Positions 21,485 through 33,278 are shown, counted from the whole stretch's first letter. The stretch: DNA of 63,611 bases, filler included, from Stramenopiles sp. TOSAG23-3 (GCA_900128585.1; 13 parts of 13 records of this genome joined end to end with filler, not necessarily neighbours in it), one strand, 5' to 3'. Made by a program: numbers and translations. The notes: generated by a model not told the origin, from the letters alone.

Positions 21485-22063
21485 GGGCAATTGCTAAGTT
21501 CGTGGACAGATTCGTGTACACTCGAATTTTGTTGTGTAAAGTCATACACCTGACATCTGCGTGTTTGTTCGTTGGTATATTTTATACCTTACGCGGTTTG
21601 ATTGAAATAATGTCACTTTGTAGTAACAAGTATAATGTTCTATTTGCGTTTTGCGTGTTCTATTTGTTGTATAGTAGTAGTAGTAAAATTATTATTAATT
21701 ATTATATAGAAATAGCATGCATTACACGATGATCATCCAATACTTATATAGGATAATTATAATACTTTTATTGTATTCTAAAAGTATAAAGTTTGTATTT
21801 CATAGTATACGTAGTATATAGTTATACATAAAAGTTGTATTAAATTATTGCAACCAACCTCTTTCGTGCTCTCACAATCACATCAGGGGAGTTAGGTTTA
21901 GTTAGTGCAACTCAAATTTCGAAGAAGCTTTATATATTTATATAAAACAAGAAAATTGGCTGTTATTTTTAAGTAATTAAATTTATCAACGCTAAGAAAT
22001 TTAATTAAAACAAATAGGAAACTTAGGATGATGCTTATCTATTCAACCGCTATGAACACAGTT

Positions 22064-24661
22064 TCAACTTTCTTTTGCAACAGCGGCAACCGTGGCCACC
22101 GGATCTTTGGTTGCCGTTGGTTTGTCGCTATCTCCAGTTACTATTTCACTATCCGGGGAATAAACTTTAGTCAATTCCATTTCTTTTATTGAAGCTTCTT
22201 CGAAATTTGTTGAGCTCTTTGCCATCGTGGGGTTTCGGCTGCACCCGTGCTTTATGGAGCAGTCGAAATTCTTGACATCGCTTAGATCTTGGCGTTGCCT
22301 CAACAATTTTTTCAGCGTGTGTTTGTCTGGCAGATGGCCTAACAATGCCTTGGCGCCTTTGTATCGCAAGAACGTGAACCCAAGCAGGGTGATGCCGGCC
22401 CCAAACCCAACAATTGCTAGCACGGGGATGAACTGAAGGTCCTGAGCCGCCTTGTCTTCGGACAGCAACAAACCGAACGTTAACGCGGAGATGGAGAGAA
22501 ACACTACCAACCAAAGGACAGCCCCGCAGACCTGCAGTTTCGCCACTTTCACGGTGTGGGCAGCCGCGGACGCGGGATCTTTCATGAACTTTTCGATGAT
22601 GTGGGCCTCCGGGAAATGGTCGAGCATCTCTTTCGACTCCATCTCCCCCGGTTCGAAGTGGACCGGTTGGTACATCTTTCCTGAGCATGGATCCTCCGCC
22701 GGTTCGCTCGCAATGTGGGTGGCGATCCCGACTTTGATTCTGTTCACGTGCTCCGGGGATGTGAGTGGAAACTTCATTTTCAAAATAAACGCCCCGAATG
22801 CCAGCATGGACGGTATGTATATAATGACGAAGCGAATGTATTGCCTGATCGAGGCCGGCTGGGGCTGCAGGACGCCGTCCAGCGGCGCAACGTGCCCGAA
22901 CGTCGAGAGCAGCGCTATGGGGACGGCCGACGCTGGGATCGCGGCAATCTTCGGCAGGAACCCTTTGAACATGGTGTACGTCGCCTCGGAGCGGGCCCCG
23001 GTGAGGAACTCGTCGTAATCGATTACGTCGGCCATGATGGAGTCGGCCAGGAACTTTCCGCCCATGGGGGCCCCGTTCAGGACGGACATGATGATGCACA
23101 ATTCGATTTGTCCCTTGCCGACGGGAACGTAGCACAGGAATGTGATCCCGTTCGTCAACGACCACAGCAGCCAGGCGTTCCGCTTCCCCAGCTTGGACGC
23201 GGCAATCTTCCACACCGGCGTGAACACGACGGCGCCGATCAGCAGGGCCATCACGCAGGCCCCGAGCACGGTGGACGAGCTGCAATGCCAATCTTCAGAC
23301 CCCCCCTGCGGCTTGCACCCATATTTCTCCTCGTTCGAGTACTCGGGCTGAACGATGTACCGGATGAAGAACGTCAGCAGGGAGGATATGATCGCGTTCG
23401 CCAACGAGTCCAGCACAAAGGCGGGGAGCAGGAGGGTGAACGGCTTGTTGTTCAGCGTGTTCAGGATCGAGGGCACCAGCGGCGCAGGCTTTGGCATCGG
23501 CGCGGGGTGGCCGCCGGCTTGCGCGGCGATCTGGCTTCGCTCCTTTACGAACTTGACACAAACCCACAGGGACACCCACGCCCAAAGGCCGAAGGCGAGG
23601 CCGGTCCAGAAGTACGCGTACCGCAAACTGTCCAAGTTGTGGAACACGTCGCTCTTCACCCGGCACTCGCACCAACAGGCAAAGTCCGTGGAGGAGTTGG
23701 TCCCGCAGTTCGGGATCACGCTCCCGAACTTCGCGCAGTCCGCCGGCACGAACGTGTCTGCCAAGCTCATATCGCTGCCCCAGTATTCCGTCAGGTTCTG
23801 CAGCTGCCCGCTCCAGCTCCGAACGCTCGGGGGGGCCGTCGACCGGCCGGTTCTGCTGGTCAGCCAGGGCCCGTCGTCGCTGAGCGCGTCGATGATCCCG
23901 GCGGCGGTAGGGAGGTTGCACGACTCGTAGCGCTGCTTGTTGGTCGCTCGGTTCCATCCCACTAGTTTGGTGAATCCGATGGGCAGGCAGGCCGCGAAAA
24001 TGGCCCCGAGCCCGTCAAACATGGTGCAGGTGAAGAAGAGGTTGTTCCGGTCCTCGTCCGTGTCCGTTAGCTCCGGGGCCAGCGCGTCGTACGGGATGTT
24101 GCAGTACGTGGCGGTGAGAAAGAACAGGATGTAAAAGAAGCCGAACCACGTCGACACCTCCACTTTGTTCAATGTCGGCTGCGGGAACAGCAGGAACACG
24201 AGCATGAACGCGTACACGGGTGCGCCTGTGAACAAGAACGGGCGGCGGCGACCGTGCTTGCTCCGGCAGGAGTCCGTCAGGTAGCTCATGGTCGGGTCCG
24301 TGATGACGTCGAAGCCACGGGCAAGGGCCTGGAAGAAGGCCAGCAGGCCGAGCGCGGCCCCCAGCTGCTCGTAGAACTGGATGACATACACGGATATCAG
24401 CAGCGTCAGGGGCACGGTAGTGAGGGACGGCGGGGCGTACGCCATCCGCACGCAGGTGGAGAGCCTCCTCCCCCGGACGTCGTCCCCCTCCGTAAACTCG
24501 TTCGCAAAGTTCCGCTCCTGCATTTGCCGCCGTAGTTTCGCCTCACGGGCGGACAGAACGCCGTTGTCCACCAGGCCCTTGTCATCCGGGTGCACCGGCG
24601 TGTCCGGAGACAACAACTTCTTCGTGTGCTCCGACTGCTCCCTATGAAACCTGGTCGACAT
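22064..24661 (-). CDS. MFS_2 / GPH-family sugar:cation symporter-like transporter
   Basis: ARGFDVITDP.MSYLTD...S.HGRRRPFL, NIPYDALAPELT...DR, KLGKR, MADVIDYDEFLTGARSEATY. Confidence 0.9.
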   Translation of the reverse strand: MSTRFHREQSEHTKKLLSPDTPVHPDDKGLVDNGVLSAREAKLRRQMQERNFANEFTEGDDVRGRRLSTCVRMAYAPPSLTTVPLTLLISVYVIQFYEQLGAALGLLAFFQALARGFDVITDPTMSYLTDSCRSKHGRRRPFLFTGAPVYAFMLVFLLFPQPTLNKVEVSTWFGFFYILFFLTATYCNIPYDALAPELTDTDEDRNNLFFTCTMFDGLGAIFAACLPIGFTKLVGWNRATNKQRYESCNLPTAAGIIDALSDDGPWLTSRTGRSTAPPSVRSWSGQLQNLTEYWGSDMSLADTFVPADCAKFGSVIPNCGTNSSTDFACWCECRVKSDVFHNLDSLRYAYFWTGLAFGLWAWVSLWVCVKFVKERSQIAAQAGGHPAPMPKPAPLVPSILNTLNNKPFTLLLPAFVLDSLANAIISSLLTFFIRYIVQPEYSNEEKYGCKPQGGSEDWHCSSSTVLGACVMALLIGAVVFTPVWKIAASKLGKRNAWLLWSLTNGITFLCYVPVGKGQIELCIIMSVLNGAPMGGKFLADSIMADVIDYDEFLTGARSEATYTMFKGFLPKIAAIPASAVPIALLSTFGHVAPLDGVLQPQPASIRQYIRFVIIYIPSMLAFGAFILKMKFPLTSPEHVNRIKVGIATHIASEPAEDPCSGKMYQPVHFEPGEMESKEMLDHFPEAHIIEKFMKDPASAAAHTVKVAKLQVCGAVLWLVVFLSISALTFGLLLSEDKAAQDLQFIPVLAIVGFGAGITLLGFTFLRYKGAKALLGHLPDKHTLKKLLRQRQDLSDVKNFDCSIKHGCSRNPTMAKSSTNFEEASIKEMELTKVYSPDSEIVTGDSDKPTATKDPVATVAAVAKES

Positions 24662-25349
24662 GGTTGGTTGTGTTTGTATACTAGTACGTACTATACCCGA
24701 TACCCGACTCGATAAAACCAACTGCTGTCTGTATTATACCCTATAGAAATATATACCGTGTGAATATATATTATATTTGTATGGATGTGCAATCACTAAA
24801 AGAGAGACGAAAGGAAGGAGTGAAGGAAGGGAGGTAAATGCAAAAATTTGCAAAGCTATAGTCTAAATTGACACTATCAGTTAATGCATAATCCTTTCTT
24901 GATGTGGGATTGTTAAATTTAAATACTGTCTATTATTCATTCAAAGAAGAAGAGAAAAGGAGGATCGATGGATGCACACAGACAGGTCAGGTGTCGTCGG
25001 TTGGTTCTCTTCTTCTTCCTTCTTCTTCTTGTTCTTGTTCTTGTTCTTCTTTCTTCTTTCTTTCTTCTTCAGAATTTTAATTAAAAAAAAATAGAAATGA
25101 TTCTTAAATTTTAACCCTACGCTAAGGTCTATACTATAAGAAGTGGAATAAGTAAAAAAATAAGTAAGGGAGGATGGAGGATGGATATTTAAATATTAAT
25201 GAATAATTTTCTCCCTATTTGCATGTATTCAAAACAAAATTGTACTCATTACTCATTATACTAAAGGGACACAATAGAAACCTTTATTTTCAAAAGGAAA
25301 GGATAAACCTTATTATTTGTGGTTAATGTGGTTTCTTTCGTCCACACTC

Positions 25350-25363
25350 CTTCCTTCCTTTCC

Positions 25364-25394
<31 letters not shown>

Positions 25395-25551
25395 TTCCTT
25401 TCCTTTCTTTCTTTCTTTCTTCCTTCCTTTCCTTTCTTCCTTTCCTTCTTTCTTTCTTTCGACTCTTTCTTTCTTTCGACTCTTTCTTTCTTTCTTTCTT
25501 TCGACTCTTTCTTTCTTTCGACTCTTTCTTTCTTTCGACTCTCTTTCTTTC
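25350..25551. repeat. TTTC/TTCC microsatellite with interspersed ttcgactctttc units
   Basis: ttcgactc recurs five times; another copy lies near 59284. Confidence 0.9.
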
Positions 25552-26348
25552 TTGAAAAAACTAATGTTGTTGTTTTATTTCATATAATTTTATACTGTGA
25601 TTAGTTTCATTATGTGTTGTAGTGTAAAAGTCGTTAATAGAATTGATGAATCGAATCGAATCGAATGGATGAAAAATTTGAGTTGAATTGTATAGAGTAT
25701 AGATTAGGGTTATTTAGTATAATAATATTTTGTTTTATCTTTATATATAGTTTTGTTATTTAATACAAGTATGTTTTTACATAGGCGGTAATCACATTCA
25801 CTACAACAAACTTTATTATAGTATTTATATATATTATAATATTCTATTAACAACATTGTTTTTAATTACAAAAAAAAGAAGAAAAAAAAGATATCTTCTT
25901 CTTTCTTCTTCTTTCTTCTTCTTTCTTCTTCTTCTTCTTTCTTCTTCTTTCTTCTTTCTTCTTTCTTCTTCTTTCTTCTTTCTTCTTCTTTCTTCTTCTT
26001 CTTTCTTCTTCTTTCTTCTTTCTTCTTTCTTCTTTCTTCTTTCTTCTTTCTGCTGAGAAAAAAATGAATCTCCTCCTCCTCTTCTGTGGTGATGAAAGAA
26101 CGACGACGCTGAAACAAAAAAAAAAGAAGAAGAGAAAGGAGAGGAAGAAAAGAAAGAANNNNNNNNNNNNNNNNNNNNNNNNNNNNNNNNNNNNNNNNNN
26201 NNTTAATTAATTAANNNNNNNNNNNNNNNNNNNNNNNNNNNNNNNNNNNNNNNNNNNNGGTTATATAAAAGAAATACTCCTCTCTCCTCTCTCTCATCCT
26301 CCCTCCTTCTTCTCTTCTTTTTCTAATAATGTCATGTATATCTCAAAC

Positions 26349-27098
26349 TCAAGACCGAGACCAAACACAAAAGGTTGTGTTCATTGGACCATTGTATCGA
26401 TTTTCATGGGCTTCGTTTTCCCCTAGTTGTTTTTCAAAGGTTTTTTTAAACCCATGGGGAGAGAGTAAGCTTTCTATAAGGTCTACAGTCATTGCATAAG
26501 GCGGGCCACCGCTTCGTTCCCCGATAGGAAAAACGGCCGTGAATAATTTCCCCTCTGTTTTCAGCAATCTGGCATAGGTTGCTGCCCATTCCGTTCGCAT
26601 GCTTGGATCTAGCGCACATAAAAACGTATAATCGTATGCAAAATCAAATTGACCGCCAACATCATTTGAGTTTAAATCAAAAAAAGAACCATGCATGTAC
26701 TCGCAAGGGCCACATCCATCCGTTTCCCCCTGTGCTGGAACGAAGGATTTCGCCGCATGGCAGGCGGTCTTTGAAACGTCCACCCCAAGAACACTCCGCC
26801 CCCCTTTCGACAGTGCTCGGACTGCATAGCCTCGCCCACACCCTGGAACTATCCCCCGACCTTTGGGTACCATACCCATTTCAAACACCTTTGCAAGAAA
26901 TGGAAGGGGTTTTGTGGCATCGAAGGCTTGGCCAGGCTTAAGCCCGCCATTTGCTGACCACATTTGCTCCCAATTCATGTTGTTTTGTAAGCTGCAAGCC
27001 GACGACGTGCAGGACGATCGAAGAAAACGAAGTTGTCGATACGATTTACAATAAAAACCAATGCAGAATTTCAAGCCTCTTGATATCGTGCACTTCAT
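26349..27098 (-). CDS. Thiol/halide (thiocyanate) S-methyltransferase, HOL-like, TPMT family; alternative start at 26978
   Basis: WEQMW...PGQAFD..P, GIVPGCGRGY, FDFAYDYTFLCAL.P.MR..WA, FPI....GGPPY. Confidence 0.88.
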   Translation of the reverse strand: MKCTISRGLKFCIGFYCKSYRQLRFLRSSCTSSACSLQNNMNWEQMWSANGGLKPGQAFDATKPLPFLAKVFEMGMVPKGRGIVPGCGRGYAVRALSKGGRSVLGVDVSKTACHAAKSFVPAQGETDGCGPCEYMHGSFFDLNSNDVGGQFDFAYDYTFLCALDPSMRTEWAATYARLLKTEGKLFTAVFPIGERSGGPPYAMTVDLIESLLSPHGFKKTFEKQLGENEAHENRYNGPMNTTFCVWSRS

Positions 27099-27863
27099 TA
27101 AATTCTGAATTTATATATACATGAGGAGATTTTGGTTTCCCCCTTCTTTCTTTTTCTTCCATCTTCTCGCCATATTGATTATTTTTGTTGTTGTCTTTGT
27201 TCTTTTTTGTTTTTTTTTTGTGTGTTGTCTTGTCTGGTGTGTTGTTGTTCTTCTTGTTGTTGTATGTTGGGTCTTCTCTTCTTCTTCTCTTCTTCTCTTC
27301 TTCTTCTCTTCTTCTCTTCTTCTTCGTTTTGTTGTTCTGTTCTTAGAACGGATGGCCTATTATATTCCTATATATATACTATATAAAATACAATATAAGT
27401 ACAAATATAAAGGCATATTGTAAATTCCATAGTACTTTTTTCGCGAATCATCCATCTTCTTCTTCTTCTCTCTCGTTTTTTGTTGTTTTTTTCTTTTATT
27501 ATAAATAATAAAATATTTATTATCCGTTTTTTATTTTTTATAATAAAATCTATATTATAATACAATGTAATAATATAGAGTCTAATATTATATCAGCAGA
27601 AATAGTAGTAGCTTAAAATCTCATAACCTTTATTAATATAACACAGCATGCACATAATATAATAATAATAAAGTGTAATAATTAAAAAAAAAAGCGAAGA
27701 AAAAAAAAAAGAAGAAAGAAATAATAATACCAGGTATAATTAATAATTATTAACAATATTTTTATTTTTTAAATTGATGATGAAGAAGAAAGAATATTAT
27801 TATAACATCAATACAGCGAAGGGAAAAAATGTAGTACGGTACTAAATATTTTTTTCATTTCTT

Positions 27864-27894
<31 letters not shown>

Positions 27895-28181
27895 ATTATT
27901 AAAAATAAATAATAAAAGATGATGATGATGTTACCAAGTATTACGATATATACCCAACCACCGACAGGAGCGACGACGTGACGATAGAGCCAAACCGAAC
28001 CGAACCGACTGGCAACTATTAAAAAATGAAACGTGAATGGCGATGGTAATGTTCTACTTTTAGAGTTCATTCCTTCTTCATTCCATAAAAGTTAGAAAAC
28101 GAACAATCAAAGCCGGCGATATAGGACACTGCAGCAACGGATTATTTTGTATAGTATCTCGCCGTGTTGCGCCGTGTGAAG

Positions 28182-30332
28182 ATGGCGCCAACAGAGACCC
28201 AAAGAAGCGCAGACGAGATGTTGGATGACGCGCAAGTGCTGGATCACGTGGGCAATTTGCTGCACCAACACCTTCACAAACATGTCGCAAAAATAAGCAG
28301 GGTCTTTAATGATTTTGACACGAGCGGGGACGGTCGGGTGGATAAAAAAGAATTCAGGATCGGTATCAAGAGCATTGTTGGGGACAAAATGACACCGGAG
28401 GAAGTCAAACTCGTTTGGAACTTTGTCGACAAAGACGGAGGGGGCACCGTGGATTACCTGGAGTTCGCCGAAACGATACGACAGTTAGACAAACAAAAGC
28501 AAACGGCAGCGGCAAAACGGCAGGGCAAAAAGTCAAAGTTACTTGACGTCAGCGGCGCAAACAAGGCCGCACGCGAGGCTGCTCTTGACGAAATCAAGCG
28601 AGAAAGGGAATCGAAAATGCACACCATAGACTCCAACGAGGACGCTGTCGAAGCCGTTGGGAATCGAGTAAAAAAGTATTTGCGAAAGAACATGGCGCGT
28701 GCAATCGATCTGTTCAGAAAGCTTGACACTAGCGGGGACGGTTACCTTGACGAGGGAGAGATGCGAGAAGGTTTGAAAGTTTTAGGGTTGAAGATGGGGC
28801 CGAGCGATTTTAAGTTGTTCTGGAAATCGATCGACGAGGATGGAGGCGGCTACGTAGATACTAAAGAACTCATGGACGCGTTGGGGAACAAGTCTGGAAA
28901 GAACAAACTGCGAAAGAAACAGCCCTCAAAAAAATACCGATCGCCAATCAAACGGATACAGTTTGGCGAGACTCGCCAAGGAAGTCTCGGGTGGCTGAAC
29001 CAAGGAAAAACGGCCAGCCAGAAAAATCGAAGTCGGCGAAGGATGCACAAACGCAGGCACTACAAGCAGTTGCCCGATACCCCGCCAGCGTTCATACCTA
29101 CCGGATCGGTGCGGTACAAGGACCTCTTCGACAAAAAGCAGAGAATGAAAGGGAGTTTGTCGTTGCCCAACATTCACGATGCGATGCCAAAAGTCAAGCA
29201 AGTCAAGCGGACAGTTGTAAAAGCCTCGAAAACTCAGAAGGTGCTTCGATGCATTGCCATGAGGGAAGGCTTGATTCGGCAGATTTACGACATGCTGCCG
29301 AGCCGAAGTCGGTCAAAAGGGAAGAGAGGCCGAAAGGCAAGGAAAGAGAAGCTTCAATTGTACGAACCAAACACCCGGTTGAGCTCGACAGGAAATTTGC
29401 TGTTCGAACTCAAGACTATTCAAGTCGAGACTGTAGAGGCGATAGAAGAATGGCGCAAGGAGCAGGACGACTTGTTGGAGAAAGGAGAAAGTTTCCAAGC
29501 CCTTGCCGCCCTTAGAGTAGCAGGTTCAGAGCCGTCCCCGACGCGAAACACCCGGGGCAAAAAATTCCCCTTAGTGTTCTCCTGGAACGGGCAGAACTAT
29601 TTGATGAAAATGTGCACAGATTTAAACTTTTTGAGTTCGTGGAGAAATTATCTGGTTCGGTCTTGCGTGTCTGAAATTCAAAACAAATACATCCGGCGAA
29701 AAGCGATGGAAATAGCCCTGGAAAGCGAGGATGGAAACTTGTTGGAAAAGATCCCTTCTGGTGTGATTGTAAAGCTCTTAAAGCAGAAAGAAAATTTTCA
29801 AATGTTGTTTGACAAGCACGATAGAAGTGGGGATGGCCAGCTGCAACGAAAGGAGCTACACTCATGCTTCAACGAGCTAGGAATTCGATTGAGCGCCACC
29901 GAAATTGCCGAGTTGTTCTACGCCTTGGACCGCGATGGAAACGGTGAAGTAGACACGAAAGAGCTACTGCGGGCTTTGGAAGACACGGAGACGGCTCATG
30001 TTCTGGAAAATGCCAGGTTTGAGAACGTCGAAGATATACTGCGCGAAGAGTGGATCGTAGCGCACGGCGGTGTTCCGAACCGGCGACGGACAAGAAAGCG
30101 CAAAGGCAATACGACCGGGGCCAACGAAGAGGGTGAACCTGAAAATGAAGAGGACGAAGAAGATGAAAGCGAGGAGATGAAGACGGAGCTGTGCCGCTTG
30201 ATGTACCATGCAAACACAGAACACACACTTTTGTTGAAAGTCAAAAAGTTGAAAGTGTTAAAATTTGGAAAAAGCAGAAAGAAAAGGCGCGACAAGAGCA
30301 AAGCCACCATGTCAAGAAGACGAGGCGAGTGA
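28182..30332 (+). CDS. Multi-EF-hand calcium-binding protein (three EF-hand pairs)
   Basis: DTSGDGRVDKKE, DKDGGGTVDYLE, DTSGDGYLDEGE, DEDGGGYVDTKE, DRSGDGQLQRKE, DRDGNGEVDTKE. Confidence 0.9.
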   Translation: MAPTETQRSADEMLDDAQVLDHVGNLLHQHLHKHVAKISRVFNDFDTSGDGRVDKKEFRIGIKSIVGDKMTPEEVKLVWNFVDKDGGGTVDYLEFAETIRQLDKQKQTAAAKRQGKKSKLLDVSGANKAAREAALDEIKRERESKMHTIDSNEDAVEAVGNRVKKYLRKNMARAIDLFRKLDTSGDGYLDEGEMREGLKVLGLKMGPSDFKLFWKSIDEDGGGYVDTKELMDALGNKSGKNKLRKKQPSKKYRSPIKRIQFGETRQGSLGWLNQGKTASQKNRSRRRMHKRRHYKQLPDTPPAFIPTGSVRYKDLFDKKQRMKGSLSLPNIHDAMPKVKQVKRTVVKASKTQKVLRCIAMREGLIRQIYDMLPSRSRSKGKRGRKARKEKLQLYEPNTRLSSTGNLLFELKTIQVETVEAIEEWRKEQDDLLEKGESFQALAALRVAGSEPSPTRNTRGKKFPLVFSWNGQNYLMKMCTDLNFLSSWRNYLVRSCVSEIQNKYIRRKAMEIALESEDGNLLEKIPSGVIVKLLKQKENFQMLFDKHDRSGDGQLQRKELHSCFNELGIRLSATEIAELFYALDRDGNGEVDTKELLRALEDTETAHVLENARFENVEDILREEWIVAHGGVPNRRRTRKRKGNTTGANEEGEPENEEDEEDESEEMKTELCRLMYHANTEHTLLLKVKKLKVLKFGKSRKKRRDKSKATMSRRRGE

Positions 30333-30709
30333 GATGATCAAAACGGCGCAAAAAGAGTATCATAAAAATATTCTTGAGTGTTTTATGAGAATGTAAAAAG
30401 AGTGATATATAAAAATACTATATAATTAGTGTTTTTTATAAAAATATTTGATTATGATACTAAAATCATTTATGATTAACTTAAAACAAAAAATTGGCTG
30501 ATTTTTAACTTATAACTCAACATCGGAGACTTTAAAGAAAATATTAAGACTGGGAGGTATAATTTGGGTTTTTTAAGACTGGGAGGTTATATGAAAAGCA
30601 TTAAACTTATCCGATCTCATGTGGCACACAACGGGCATGAATTTGATGTGTTCCATCGTAGTTCTTACACTCTTTTGGAGAATATTTGCCTTGCCTTGTT
30701 GGGAATGTT

Positions 30710-32374
30710 TTACTCCACTGGGCATCCATCGATGGATACGGTTGGCCACACTTCTCTCAGCGATTGGAGGGTGTGGAAAGAGAGTTCGCCTAGATGCAAC
30801 ACTTCTAAGTGGTTGGGCCCGACTTTACCAAGCATTTCACAGCTTCGTTCCGTAATTTTTGTCCCAATCAACCGAAGTTCGTTTAGTTTAGGCGCAAGGT
30901 GAACGATAGAAACAAGCGTGTCATCGTCTATTGCATTGCTCTCATCGTCGTTCCAAAATTTGAGAGAATGCAGCTGATCTCCTATTTTTTCTAAGAGTTC
31001 TAACTGCCCCTTTCGTGTCATTTTTGTGGAGTCCAACTGCAGCGATTTTAACTTCTTCATCTGCCCTATGTGCGCTATGGAATCGTCTGTGATTCGCGGG
31101 GAGTGCTGGGCCACCAGCATTTCTAGCACAGGGCAAGACTCTGCTATTCGACTAATTATGCGATCATTTAAATCGCTAAACGTCAATTTCTGCAAATAAG
31201 GCAGGTTTCCCACTAGCCGCAGTTTGCTATACTCCGTCGGCTGACCGCTGGAATAATTCAGGTAATCTTTGATTTCCACGGTCCGTATTTTTACTCGTTC
31301 CGAAATGTTGAGTAGCACATTCATCAGATGATGATTGACTTCATGGAACTTATGGAGCTGGATTTCTTCCACCATGGTGCATTTTTTCATCAGCCTAATA
31401 AGCGAACTTGTCAATATCGCTGGTGACCCTTTTGCAGTCATCGACAGAGAAGTCACTGCCACTGGCAAAGCATTCTCTTCAAAAATGTCCGATAACGTCC
31501 GCACTGTGATGTCTGTGGTGCGTCCAAAGTGCAGCCGGGACGCGCGCGAAATCATCGAACTGACATCTTTTATCATTTTTCCTGTGAATCGGCCCCCAAC
31601 TTGAAACTTCCTGACCTGGTTGGCGTCAAGCAATTGGCGCCGGAGACTTGACGGTAACCCTTCAACGTTGTTGTCGTAGCAGTGCCCACTGAAGTGGACC
31701 TCCCTAAGCTTTACGCAATTGGCAAGGCACGTAGCAAACGCTTCCCATGTCGTTGCGCAGTGCAAACTGGAGGAACCGATATCCAGTACTTCTATTGCAG
31801 GACAGGTTTCACCAAACACAAGCATTGCGGACGAGATATCCCCCGTCACGGTGCGCATACGCAGTAACTTCAAGTTCTGACATCGGCCGACAAGAGAGCT
31901 GATGTGCATAGACGCGTCCCCAGTGAGAGCTGTTGGGGGACCCCACTGCCGGTCTATTCTGTTCCCACCCCTAGGGGGAGAAATTGCAGCGTAATTGTCC
32001 GCTTCTTCAGCTAACGCAGGAATGTTAAAATCGATTTCTAAAATGTCTGGGAAAAGGGTCCCAATAGCCAGGATGTCTTCGTACAGAAATTTTTGAGGCG
32101 GGTGGGTAATGACCAGCCTCGTCGCTTTGGGATACAGGTGGGACAACGACAAGAGGGCGCGAGTCGGCTTTCTGAGCTTTCTCCACGGGCACAGCAATGT
32201 ATATTCCCCCTTCAAACGGTATTTACGAAACGCGCTGTTTGCAGACTTTGACAAAAGGCGGAAGTTGAGCTGTGCGTCCCTTGCGTCCAAGTAAAGCATA
32301 ACAGAGAGCAAGACGTCCGGGTTTTCCCAGAGCCTCCCCCTCCGAGGACTCATTTCTGCAACTTTCCCCTCCAT
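30710..32374 (-). CDS. F-box/LRR (FBXL/AMN1-like) protein
   Basis: N-terminal PDVLLSVMLYL...LLSK; repeats CPVLEML...ITDDSI and APKLNELRL.GTKITE. Confidence 0.7.
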   Translation of the reverse strand: MEGKVAEMSPRRGRLWENPDVLLSVMLYLDARDAQLNFRLLSKSANSAFRKYRLKGEYTLLCPWRKLRKPTRALLSLSHLYPKATRLVITHPPQKFLYEDILAIGTLFPDILEIDFNIPALAEEADNYAAISPPRGGNRIDRQWGPPTALTGDASMHISSLVGRCQNLKLLRMRTVTGDISSAMLVFGETCPAIEVLDIGSSSLHCATTWEAFATCLANCVKLREVHFSGHCYDNNVEGLPSSLRRQLLDANQVRKFQVGGRFTGKMIKDVSSMISRASRLHFGRTTDITVRTLSDIFEENALPVAVTSLSMTAKGSPAILTSSLIRLMKKCTMVEEIQLHKFHEVNHHLMNVLLNISERVKIRTVEIKDYLNYSSGQPTEYSKLRLVGNLPYLQKLTFSDLNDRIISRIAESCPVLEMLVAQHSPRITDDSIAHIGQMKKLKSLQLDSTKMTRKGQLELLEKIGDQLHSLKFWNDDESNAIDDDTLVSIVHLAPKLNELRLIGTKITERSCEMLGKVGPNHLEVLHLGELSFHTLQSLREVWPTVSIDGCPVE

Positions 32375-32813
32375 GTCTATTTTTGCGAAGAGACAAAAAG
32401 AGAACAGATACGCTGTCAATATTAGAAAAACACTGTTTAGTATGAAGTCAATAGACTACCATTGGCATGCATGTTTTTCTTCTACAATTTTTCTTAATTC
32501 TCTGGGAATAGTAATTCGTAATGATTCAGAATTGTTTAAGCTGACAGGTTGGATGTGATGGTGTGGCAGTTTAGTTCTTCTTCCTATTGTTGGTACTTCT
32601 TCTTCTTTCTTCTTCTTCTTCTTCGCGTATTTTTTAAAAAAAGAGTTGATGATCATCGATCAGAAATAAATGTTAATATGACGTACAGTACGGTATAATT
32701 TAATACCAGGTACNNNNNNNNNNNNNNNNNNNNNNNNNNNNNNNNNNNNNNNNNNNNTTAATTAATTAANNNNNNNNNNNNNNNNNNNNNNNNNNNNNNN
32801 NNNNNNNNNNNNN

Positions 32814-33278
32814 TGGAAACCGTACACCGACGAAGAAGCTCCGAACCGACAGGAACGCGAATCGCTTCACAACATGGCCGTACACTCCATGGCAATGGTC
32901 TTTGGAACCGCATGGTCTGGCTTCTATTTCAAACTGCTCCCACACTGTGAGAACAGCAAATGGTCCTGTACCATGCTGATGGTAGTGGTTGCTCTGGGAA
33001 ATGCGGCTTTTTTTGTCTACTGCCTCCTTCGGCTGGCCTATGCACACTGTAGGGATCGAATGCCTGATGTGCAGAAGCACAAGAAGCGAGCAAAGGCATA
33101 CTTCCGGCGGCAGGGCAAACGGGTTGTTTTGCAGAAGGCGGAGCCAAATCCATTGGCAGAGGCAGCCTTTGAGAACCCTATGTACCGGGCTAAACGAAAA
33201 TCAACTATGAAGACCAGCATGCAAGCAAAGCGGCTGGAAATGAGAAAAATCAGAGATGCCCTAGAAGACAGGGCATGA
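32814..33278 (+). CDS. 3' end of a multi-pass membrane protein (5' truncated by contig start)
   Basis: Frame open from the contig start (WKPYTDEE...LHNM), two TM segments, basic tail with ENPMY. Confidence 0.7.
   Translation, partial: WKPYTDEEAPNRQERESLHNMAVHSMAMVFGTAWSGFYFKLLPHCENSKWSCTMLMVVVALGNAAFFVYCLLRLAYAHCRDRMPDVQKHKKRAKAYFRRQGKRVVLQKAEPNPLAEAAFENPMYRAKRKSTMKTSMQAKRLEMRKIRDALEDRA

Noticed and set aside
22167-24647. Long overlapping or antisense ORFs over the MFS, Ariadne, TBC and TTC4 genes
   Set aside because: Shadow frames expected from high GC3 codon usage; no recognisable motifs.
30544-30587. 15-bp direct repeat ttaagactgggaggt x2
   Set aside because: Real but isolated; most simply a local duplication.
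32456-32656. SLRITIPRELRK resembling an AbrB/MazE-type motif
   Set aside because: Short ORF overlapping a microsatellite in AT-rich DNA; the rest of the fold is absent.
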